Position numbers and translations under genes: made by a program. Shown here piece after piece: positions 54,291 to 61,653 of a stretch of DNA of 64,000 nt. The stretch comes from an uncultured Gemmatimonadales bacterium (GTDB lineage Bacteria > Gemmatimonadota > Gemmatimonadetes > Longimicrobiales > RSA9): assembly GCA_963783305.1 (NCBI GenBank), contig CAWAMW010000016.1, positions 739,491-803,490 of the forward strand, in the 5' to 3' direction. Below the pieces are notes generated by a model. It did no database searches. It was not told the origin of the DNA and saw nothing but the letters and a program-made list of their open reading frames with translations. Numbering within the stretch: position 1 is the first letter of the stretch; every line of letters starts with the position of its first letter.

Positions 54291-54465
54291 GATATACAAG
54301 CGGTTGGCGTCGACGTGTGCCGGATCACTGTTCCGTCTGATCCGGCATCGCAGGAGGGAGTAATCGTCGAACGGGACCGGTAAGCTTGTGAGGTGCTGGT
54401 GGTTTTGAAGATGGTGGCGCACTGTTGGGATTGGCGCGGCGGGTCGCCAGCCTCGAACGTTAGCT
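54291..54465 (+). repeat. attC-like site A (divergent)
   Basis: TACAAGCGGTTGGCG ... CGCCAGCCTCGAACGTTAGCT; 3' half aligns with sites B-F. Confidence 0.65.
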
Positions 54466-54468
54466 GAC

Positions 54469-54924
54469 ATGCTCGAGAAGGGAGTCGTGTGGCTGATGGA
54501 AACAGAGATTCGCAGGGGACGTCGTCAGTTTCAGGCTGTCATGGTTGCAGCCCTGGCTGTCGTCGTGGTGCCATCCTTCATGGTAGTCATTTACACCGGT
54601 GAGTGGATTGGGTTAGGCGGTCAGGTGATTTTCGTTGGCCTGGCAGGTGCTCTCGTCTACACTGGTGCGAAATGGGCACGGTGGGGGCTTGCCCTGTGGT
54701 TCGGGCTCATGGGGCTCATCGTCCTGCTGGCCGGGTTCGTCGCCGCGGGTCTGAGCCTTCGACCGTCGATCAGAGATGTGGCTCCGCACATTCTGCTGGG
54801 TGTGCTGTATGAAATATTCGCGATGATCTTCGCGCTGTCATTCGGGATCGATGGGTGGCTGGATTTTCGGGGGCAGCGGGCTCGAGAACTGGCCAATGGA
54901 GGCCCAGAGTCGCACATCAGCTAG
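54469..54924 (+). CDS. Cassette-encoded membrane protein
   Basis: About 4 TM helices; starts 3 nt after R' GTTAGCT; stop lies inside CAGCTAGC (R''-like). Confidence 0.78.
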   Translation: MLEKGVVWLMETEIRRGRRQFQAVMVAALAVVVVPSFMVVIYTGEWIGLGGQVIFVGLAGALVYTGAKWARWGLALWFGLMGLIVLLAGFVAAGLSLRPSIRDVAPHILLGVLYEIFAMIFALSFGIDGWLDFRGQRARELANGGPESHIS

Positions 54925-54974
54925 CAACCGGTCGGCGCCTCGGAGAACCCGCCGCGGCCGTGCAGAGCTGGTGA
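54918..54974 (+). repeat. attC-like site A2, 5' half only, internally deleted
   Basis: CAGCTAGCAACCGGTCGGCGCCT..CGGAGAACCCGCCGCGGCCG..GAGCTGGTGA. Confidence 0.7.
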
Positions 54975-54989
54975 TGGCGCAGATCTTCC

Positions 54990-55282
54990 TGGTCGTGGGC
55001 CCAGAGGCCGGCGTAGCAGTCGGCCTGGAGCTCCATGCGGACGGAGGCGCTGCCGGGCCCGCTCTCCTGGTAGCCGCTGAAGCTCTCCATGGCGCCCGTG
55101 AGGTGCTGGACATGATGGCCGACCTCGTGGGCGATGACGTAGGCTTGGGCGAAGTCGCCGGCGGCGCCGTAGCGGTCGGGGAGCTGCCGAAAGAACCCGA
55201 GGTCGATGTAGACCTGGGCGTCCCGGGGGCAGTAGAAGGGCCCGACGGCGGAGTTGGCGGTGCCGCAGGCGGAGGCGAGCGA
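54990..55282 (-). pseudogene. Internal fragment of neutral zinc metallopeptidase (YpfJ/Zn_peptidase family)
   Basis: [39 protein letters not shown]; both termini missing. Confidence 0.85.
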
Positions 55283-55385
55283 CTTGCGACGACGTGAGCC
55301 GCGTGACACGTTTTCCAGACCCGTGGCCGCGGCGGCTTTCAACCCCCTTCTCGCGCCCCAACGGGTTCGCCTTGATGCATTCTAG
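55283..55385. repeat. Dispersed ~100-bp hairpin repeat, copy 2
   Basis: Begins CTTGCGACGA; same core as copies 1 and 3. Confidence 0.88.
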
Positions 55386-55691
55386 CGAACTCAGCTTCGG
55401 CAATGCTACCGCCGAAGGCAGCATCACGAACTGGGTTTCGCTAATCCAGTAGTTATGCTGCCATGCGCACGTGGAGACCTCAGATGCGATGGGACTTGAT
55501 GCGGCAGGTGCCATGCTCGGGCGATCGGATCGGCTGACGTCGAGATGCTGATGCGCTTGCGGCACTGGTTCGTGCAGTCTGACGCGAGCTGCAGGTCTGT
55601 CGAGGTCATCGGATGCTCGCGAAGCGGACTGGTCGATGCGACGAACGGCTGGAGAGCATCGGCTGGACGGTCGTGGCACTGGGCGCACTGC

Positions 55692-55843
55692 GGATAACAA
55701 ACGGTTGGCGCCTGCGCTCGCCTGCGCGCCGCTCCGGAGAACCCGCCGCGGCCGTCTGGAAGCTGGAGAGGTCGTGGAGTTTCGAAGGCGGTCGCGCGCT
55801 GGAGGTTTCGGCGCGGCGGGTCGCCAACCTGGAAACGTTAACC
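55692..55843 (+). repeat. attC-like site B
   Basis: R'' GGATAAC, L'' GGTTGGCG, L' CGCCAACC, R' GTTAACC. Confidence 0.88.
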
Positions 55844-56032
55844 GCCATGTCCGCACAGGAAGACTGCTGGGTTGCTTCGCCAGGTCGATCGCAGCTGGCT
55901 GGCCGTGGGACGCAGCTGAGTTCGGCTGCGAGCGCGTAGCGGAAGTTCGTGATGAGCGGCTGTTCGAGAGCAGACGGCTGGAGGCCGCGAGTCTAGTGCT
56001 CGAGAGGTCGGCAGAGGCCGGGCGCGCACAGC

Positions 56033-56182
56033 GGCTAACAAACGGTTGGCGCCTGCGCTGCCTTCGGTCGCTCCGGAGAACCCGCCGCGGCCGTCTGGAG
56101 CTGGTGAGGGTCGTGAAGTTTCGAAGGCGGTCGGCGCGCTGGAGGTCGGCGCGGCCGGGTCGCCAACCTGGAAACGTTAAGC
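56033..56182 (+). repeat. attC-like site C
   Basis: GGCTAAC-AAAC-GGTTGGCG ... CGCCAACC-TGGAAAC-GTTAAGC. Confidence 0.9.
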
Positions 56183-56205
56183 GCCACCGCCGGAGAGGAG
56201 TCGCG

Positions 56206-56820
56206 ATGGTACGCGGTATGGTCATGGTGTTTTTGGCGGGCCTGCTTGCATCCTGCGGATCTGGCTCTTCGACGGATCAGGAGCCGGAGGCGGAGTCTTC
56301 TAGCATTTCCGATGAAGTTCCGGGGCTCGCGTTCCAGAAGGTGGCTTGGACTGTCCTAGGAGAGGTTCAGCGCGGGAGCTCCGAGACAGTTCCTCTGGGA
56401 GTGCTCGACGTTACTCGTCGCCAAGTTTGTGCACCGGGATCATCCCCTTGCCGAATGGTCTCTGAGGAACTCCCAATTCCTCAGCGGGCTCGCGAAGCAG
56501 TGGCGGAACACGGTCAACCCGTCCGATTCGTGAGCGTTGCAAATGGCGTGTGTCCGGACGCGGTGTGGCTGGGCTTTGCCGCGGCACGGGTACTAGGACG
56601 GGATTCCTTTGCCGTGACCATTGACTTAGTTGATACCCGGCAACCGTACCCTCGAATGGAACTAGGTCGGGAGTACATGCTGGTGTGTGAGGAGCGGTAT
56701 TGTGCCGTCGCCTCCATTCGGCCTGGGGAAGAACCGGATGTGGAACTGAAGTACGCATCCGAAGCAGAGTGTGAATTCGAGAACGCCGCGGAAGAGCCAT
56801 CGCTGGACGGCGGCGCTTAA
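56206..56820 (+). CDS. Cassette-encoded lipoprotein
   Basis: GAGGAG RBS, LASC lipobox, stop TAA inside R'' GCTTAAC. Confidence 0.82.
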   Translation: MVRGMVMVFLAGLLASCGSGSSTDQEPEAESSSISDEVPGLAFQKVAWTVLGEVQRGSSETVPLGVLDVTRRQVCAPGSSPCRMVSEELPIPQRAREAVAEHGQPVRFVSVANGVCPDAVWLGFAAARVLGRDSFAVTIDLVDTRQPYPRMELGREYMLVCEERYCAVASIRPGEEPDVELKYASEAECEFENAAEEPSLDGGA

Positions 56821-56966
56821 CAAACGGTTGGCGCCTGCGCGGCCTGCGGCCGCTCCGGAGAACCCGCCGCGGCCGTCTTGGAGCTGGTGAGAGAGTCGTG
56901 AGTTTCGAAGGCGGTCGCGCGCTGGAGGTTTCGGCGCGGCGGGTCGCCAACCTGGAAACGTTAAAT
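56815..56966 (+). repeat. attC-like site D
   Basis: GCTTAAC ... GTTAAAT with the same L boxes. Confidence 0.9.
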
Positions 56967-57025
56967 GCCATCACGTAGCGTGTTTCCAGGCGTTAGATTG
57001 GTGGCAGCTTAACGGGAGGATCTGA

Positions 57026-57232
57026 ATGAAGTATCGGGTGCTGGTAGAGCAGGACGAGGACGGATTCTTCGCGGCGGAGGTTCCGGCGCTGCCCGGGTGT
57101 GTCAGCCAGGGCGCGACGCGGCAGGAGGCGCTCGAGAACATCAGGGAGGCGATCGCCGGGTACCTTGAGAGCCTGGATGATCACCAGGAGCCGGTGCCGC
57201 CCTCGATCCACGAAGAGATCGTCGAGGTATAA
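57026..57232 (+). CDS. hicB: HicB family antitoxin (short form)
   Basis: YRVLVEQDEDG.F.AEVPALPGCVSQGATRQEALENIREAI. Confidence 0.92.
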   Translation: MKYRVLVEQDEDGFFAAEVPALPGCVSQGATRQEALENIREAIAGYLESLDDHQEPVPPSIHEEIVEV

Positions 57233-57456
57233 TGGCGGAGCTGCCAGTCGTCTCAGGACGCGAGGCAGTGAAGGCGTTCGGTAAGCTCGGGTATCGAGTC
57301 GACCGTCAACGTGGAAGTCACATCATTCTGAGACAGGCGGAACCCCCTCATCGCCGCCTGACAATTCCAGACCACAAAGAAGTTCGAAAAGGGACGCTGC
57401 GCGCGTTGATTCGTCAGGCTGGCCTGACGGTCGACGAGTTCGTGGCTCTCTTGTAG
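57232..57456 (+). CDS. hicA: HicA family mRNA interferase toxin
   Basis: RQRGSHIIL..TIPDHKEVRKGTLRALIRQAGL. Confidence 0.92.
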   Translation: MAELPVVSGREAVKAFGKLGYRVDRQRGSHIILRQAEPPHRRLTIPDHKEVRKGTLRALIRQAGLTVDEFVALL

Positions 57457-57518
57457 GGCCGGGGAACAGCCCGTTCGAGACAGGTCTTGATGCTGGACGG
57501 GCGTGACGGCAGTTAACA

Positions 57519-57949
57519 CGTATGAGGCCCCGGGCGTCAAGGGTGCGCACGAGTACGAGGCCGTTGCGAGGCAACGGAGCAGCTTTGAGATCGGCCGGTG
57601 ACCCTGACTTGGTTTCGACTCTTGGCTGCAGATTAGGCTCTGCACCAAACACGTATTGAGGCTCGAGGCCTAGAAATTCATTCTGACCCTCGCATCCGGC
57701 CTATTCAAAGGAGACGGGCTCGCCATGAGGCGTCCAGTTATCTCCGGGCTCGGGGGAGGGGCAGAGCCTGCAAGCCGAGCATCTATGTAGATGAGCGAGA
57801 AGGGTGTCCAATCAAACGGCCGCGGTGCCGGACGTGTGGTGCCCATGGAGCCGGGTTCAGGTGCTTCGAGCACATTGGTTACGAACTCCCATGAGGGCTC
57901 TGTCTTTGGCGGCTCGAGTTATACGCCGGGCTCACCCTCCTCACTCTGC
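57519..57949 (-). ncRNA. Candidate bridge/seek RNA region in the IS right end
   Basis: ~430-bp ORF-poor end containing copies of both junction sequences and a duplicated motif; RNA expression is inferred. Confidence 0.6.
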
Positions 57950-58993
57950 TCAGTTCGGAAAGAAGCGATCCATATCGAACGCTCGCTTTTGCTTGAGCAT
58001 GAAGTAGTTGGCGCGGCCGAGCTTGGCGGCCAGGATGCTGAGCGCTTTGCCTTTGCCATAGCGCCGCCGCAGCCGCTTGATGTGCTGCTTCCCGCTCGGG
58101 TTGTTGTGGAGGAAGCAGACGGCCGCCTCGGAGTAGGCCCATTTGAGATGGGCGTTTCCGATCTTCGCGCCGGAGGTGCCCAGGCGTTTGCCGGCGGATT
58201 CCTTGGGTGCTTTCACGAGTCGAGCGTACGAGCTGAAGTTCTGGACTCGCGGAAATCGTTCAATGGTGTGGATCTCATAGAGGATCGTGAGCCCCAGGAT
58301 TCGGCCGATGCCGGGGGTGGTCTGGAGCACGTGGAGTGAATGGGCGTTGTGCCGACTGGCCTGGCGCTGCACCGTCTTCTCGAGTTCCTTGATCACCGTG
58401 TCGTACGTAGTGCAGAGCTGGAGGTCGGCTTGAACGGTGTGGCGGACGATCGGGTCCTTGAATTGGGCTGGGATCGCTTCGCGGCTCTTCTTCGTAAGGA
58501 GCGTTCCCTTCGGGGCCGGCAGGTTGTATTGGTGGAAGGTGTTGCGGACGTGCGAGAGCATCTCGCTCCGCTTCCGAGTGAAGTAGAGTCGGCGGCGAAG
58601 CAGGTCGCGAGTCGCGCGCATTGCAGGCGGATACACATAGGCCTGCGGGATGACGCCACCTCGGAGCAGGACCACGAGCTTCTCGGAGTCGATGCGGTCG
58701 TTCTTGGTCTTGGCGCCGTGGATCGCTTTCAGGTAGAGGGCGTGAGCCAGGACGAAGGCAATCCCGTGCTCAGCACAGAGATCGGCGAGCCAATACCAAC
58801 AGAAGATGCATTCGGCACAGACGACCAGATCCTCCATGTACGGCCGAACGGCCTGCAGAAATTCTTCGGGTGTGCAGTCCGCCCGCTCGTGGAGCAGGAT
58901 GGTGCCCTGGTGGTCGGTGACGCACAGGTACATGGTCCGGGCGTGGAGGTCGACGCCGCAGTAGTAGCGGTGGGAGCCGCGGTAGAAGCGCAT
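57950..58993 (-). CDS. IS110 family DEDD transposase/recombinase
   Basis: CGVDLH, AEC, KTKNDRID (DEDD); TPGIG, ESAGK (candidate catalytic Ser), KIGN..LKWA; CAGGAGG RBS. Confidence 0.95.
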   Translation of the reverse strand: MRFYRGSHRYYCGVDLHARTMYLCVTDHQGTILLHERADCTPEEFLQAVRPYMEDLVVCAECIFCWYWLADLCAEHGIAFVLAHALYLKAIHGAKTKNDRIDSEKLVVLLRGGVIPQAYVYPPAMRATRDLLRRRLYFTRKRSEMLSHVRNTFHQYNLPAPKGTLLTKKSREAIPAQFKDPIVRHTVQADLQLCTTYDTVIKELEKTVQRQASRHNAHSLHVLQTTPGIGRILGLTILYEIHTIERFPRVQNFSSYARLVKAPKESAGKRLGTSGAKIGNAHLKWAYSEAAVCFLHNNPSGKQHIKRLRRRYGKGKALSILAAKLGRANYFMLKQKRAFDMDRFFPN

Positions 58994-59087
58994 GAGGTCC
59001 CCTCCTGGGGTGAGTGGATGCTTTGGTTGGCACCTGACATCCTGCCTGCCCCGTTGGGACAGGTCCAGGAGGGGCCTCGATGAGTAT

Positions 59088-59232
59088 CAAACGGTTGGCG
59101 CCTCCGCGTCCTGCGGCCGCTCCGGAGAACCCGCCGCGGCCGTCTGGGACCTGGTGAGGTTCGTGAAGTTTCGAAGGCAGCCGCGCGCTGGAGGTATCGG
59201 CGCGTCGGGTCGCCAACCTGGGAACGTTATGT
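59088..59232 (+). repeat. attC-like site E, main body (its R'' lies at 57511..57517, on the other side of the IS)
   Basis: CAAACGGTTGGCG ... CGCCAACCTGGGAACGTTATGT. Confidence 0.88.
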
Positions 59233-59284
59233 GCCACCCGCTCGCGGGGCTGGCAATCGTCCACAGATAAGATGAAGGGGGCGC

Positions 59285-59599
59285 GTGATAGAACCGGTTG
59301 CGGTTATCGGGGCGGGTTCGTTGGCGGTCGCGATCTGGCTGGCCTGGGGTGGGGTCCGGTGGTTGAGGGTTGCGAGCCAGGGCAGTTGGCAGTGCAACGG
59401 CTTTCGCGTCGACCCCCGGCACGCGTATCAAAGGAGTGCCATAAAGGGCTTCGGCGCTGTGGCCGTACTCGGTTGCGCTGTGGCCTTCGCATTGGGGGCC
59501 CACGTGTTGTGGGCCATCGCTGGGCCACCGGTCATCATCCTGGACGTCTTCTTAGCTGAGCGGGTCTGGTATCGTCTCTTGCAGAAGCGGCCCGTGTAG
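59285..59599 (+). CDS. Cassette-encoded small membrane protein
   Basis: GTG start after GAAGGGGG; about 3 hydrophobic segments. Confidence 0.65.
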   Translation: MIEPVAVIGAGSLAVAIWLAWGGVRWLRVASQGSWQCNGFRVDPRHAYQRSAIKGFGAVAVLGCAVAFALGAHVLWAIAGPPVIILDVFLAERVWYRLLQKRPV

Positions 59600-59675
59600 C
59601 TGTCGCCGCCCGGGATGCTCCCCCAGGAGCGAACACTCTAGTTCATACACGTGGCGCTCTCATGGGGCGGGCAGC

Positions 59676-59825
59676 ACATATCAAACGGTTGGCGCCTGCG
59701 CGGCCTGCGGCCGCTCCGGAGAACCCGTCGCGGCCGCCTGGGAGCTGGTGAAGTCGTGAGGGTTCGAGGGCGGTCGCGCGCTTGACTTATCGGCGCGGCG
59801 GGTCGCCAGCCTGGAAACGTTGAGC
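59676..59825 (+). repeat. attC-like site F
   Basis: ACATATC-AAAC-GGTTGGCG ... CGCCAGCC-TGGAAAC-GTTGAGC. Confidence 0.87.
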
Positions 59826-59839
59826 GCCATTCTTTGGAA

Positions 59840-60238
59840 ATGAGAACTGTCCTAGGATTCGCGATCGTGGTGATCGGAGCTAATGCGTGTGGAGCGCACC
59901 AGCGCGAGCACGATAATGCCACGGTGGTAGGAGGCCACTACGTCTGGGGGGCGGAAGTGAATGTCTTCAGTCCGTGCGGTTCTGACCTTGAATACTGGGT
60001 CGAGGCTGAGCCGCCGGTCCTCCGTGCCCTCCGCGAACAGTACACTGCGTTTGGGCTTCCGCCGTACCAGGTCGTCTTCGTAGCGGTGCGCGGGGAGATT
60101 GGGCCGGTGTTGGACTGCGGCTTCTGTGTTGAGTATGACGGCAGCTTCAAGGTGGAGGAACTGGTCGAAATGGACTCGCCGGGCCCCGGGAAGTGCGAGA
60201 CCGAGATCGGTGGTACACTCAGGGAGAACGGCGCTTAA
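59840..60238 (+). CDS. Cassette-encoded putative lipoprotein
   Basis: Signal ending NAC; stop inside R'' GCTTAAC. Confidence 0.75.
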   Translation: MRTVLGFAIVVIGANACGAHQREHDNATVVGGHYVWGAEVNVFSPCGSDLEYWVEAEPPVLRALREQYTAFGLPPYQVVFVAVRGEIGPVLDCGFCVEYDGSFKVEELVEMDSPGPGKCETEIGGTLRENGA

Positions 60239-60380
60239 CAACTGGCTGGCGTCTGCGCGGCCTGCGGCCGCTCCGGAGCAACCGGTCGGCTTACGTGGCG
60301 GCGCCAGGAGAGGTGTTGCTGTTCAGGATCTCTGGGGCGATGTAGAAGCGGCGGCCCGTTCGCCAGCTTTGAACGTAGGC
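60233..60380 (+). repeat. attC-like site G (divergent; R' degenerate, GTAGGC)
   Basis: GCTTAACAACTGGCTGGCG..GCCTGCGGCCGCTCCGGAG ... CGCCAGC-TTTGAAC-GTAGGC. Confidence 0.75.
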
Positions 60381-60452
60381 GCCCTAACGTGAATGTTGAA
60401 TCGGGAGATGCTGCAATGGAGGCGTCTGCAGAAGGGGATGCCCCTGTCTGCA

Positions 60453-61167
60453 TCACCCATGGGCCGCTTCGATGATCTCGCGGGTCTTGTCAGCCGAGAC
60501 GTGGCCGCGAGAAACCTTCTTGATGAGCCGCCGGACCGTCCGCGGAGAAGCGGTCGCCAGGTCTTGCGGGAGCGGCCAGCGCCGGAGGATCGCCAGCGGC
60601 GTCCGCTTCTCGATGGACGAGAAAGCACCCAGCAGCTCGGGCCAGCCGAGATCGAGCATGCCCTGGAGTCGGTTTTTGTACCGCGTCGCCTCGACCGTGA
60701 GCCGGTGGCGCTGCATGATCAGGAGCTTGAGCCGCGCCAGATCATCGCTCAGGAAGGGGAAGGGAACGAACCGACCTTCACCCGTGAGGCGCGAGATCAG
60801 CGCGGCGTCGATCTGGTCGGACTTGTTCGGGCTGTTGTCGTCGAGCTCCTTCGCCTTCTTCGTGTGCGCAGGGAGCACGCTCACGATCCTCATGGCCGAG
60901 CTCCCGCAGGAAGTTGGCGTAGGTGAAGCCGTGATGGCCCGCGAACTCGAGCCCGATCAGGAATCCATCGGGCGGGACGTCGGGGAACTGGGCATAGAGG
61001 CGCTCCAGCGACCGCTCGAAGCTCCCCCGAGCCACCTGGACTGTGATGGGATCGGCGGCCACACCGTCGGGCCCACGGGCCACCATGACGTGGTGCTTCT
61101 TGCCGGTGTCGACGCCGACGTGGACGGGGAACGTGCGGGCGTACACCAGCTTCTCGTCCGGTCTCAT
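60453..61167 (-). pseudogene. Second IS110-family transposase, frameshifted (~60889) and C-terminally truncated
   Basis: VGVDTGK, GLEFAG, NKSDQIDA (DEDD); AAGGAGG RBS; C-terminal domain absent. Confidence 0.85.
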
Positions 61168-61407
61168 GAGGCACCTCCTTCGCTGAGGCGCCCGTGAACG
61201 TGTCCGCGGTGCTGGCATGCCCGGTCGGGCCACCGGTGAGGGCGCCGGTCCCACGACCGTATCGGTCTATAGGCGGACAGCCAACCCGTGGACTCCGGAA
61301 GTGAACCCGCTTTCGGACCGGAAGCCCAGCGGGAGCGGGGTCGGCCGGAGCCGCGTAGATTGCGACGGGTGAGCTTGAATGGGAGGGGCCTCCGTAGAGG
61401 CCGGCGA

Positions 61408-61475
61408 GCCTAACACGCGTGTACGGATGTCTGGCGCCTGCGCGGCCTGCGGCCGCTCCGGAGAACCCGCCGCGG
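61408..61475 (+). repeat. attC-like site H, 5' part only
   Basis: TGGCGCCTGCGCGGCCTGCGGCCGCTCCGGAGAACCCGCCGCGG identical to site D; GCCTAAC upstream. Confidence 0.75.
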
Positions 61476-61653
61476 ACCGAAGGAGTCCCGTGCAAGTTCA
61501 GGGTCTTCGAGGAGTTCAAGAAGAACACCACGTCGGGCGCCCACTTAGTCTCGGACTGGCGTCACCTGAAGAAGCGCACCGGTCGCTCCGGAAGGAGCTC
61601 TAAAACGGCAAGGCCGCGGTGAAGGCGCGCCGGGCCGGCCAGGGGGTGAGGAC

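Larger units (their letters stand above)
57517..59089 (-). mobile_element. Complete IS110-family (IS1111-like layout) element inserted in attC site E, flanked by the CA core
   Basis: Junctions GGCAGTTAA|CA|CGTATGAGGCCCC and GGGGCCTCGATGAGTAT|CA|AACGGTTGG; removal restores TTAACAAACGGTTGG. Confidence 0.88.
54291..61475 (+). mobile_element. Integron-like gene cassette array with no integrase in the window (CALIN-like)
   Basis: About nine related attC-like sites separating short + strand ORFs; cassette ends are mutually complementary. Confidence 0.85.

Noticed and set aside
54159..54470. Integron integrase remnant upstream of the array
   Set aside because: No tyrosine-recombinase motifs (HxLRH, LGH, TxxY) seen; most of the ORF overlaps attC A
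55637..55650. 14-nt match TGCGACGAACGGCT to the start of hairpin repeat copy 3
   Set aside because: Similarity does not extend further; may be chance
55636..56205. N-terminal half of the 394-aa ORF 55636..56820
   Set aside because: It is read-through of two attC repeats; the real gene starts at 56206 after an RBS
57670..57873. Small ORFs within the IS right end
   Set aside because: No recognisable motifs or RBS; better explained as non-coding end sequence
55692..60380. CRISPR or REP interpretation of the ~150-bp repeats
   Set aside because: Too long, separated by whole genes, and show attC R/L box symmetry
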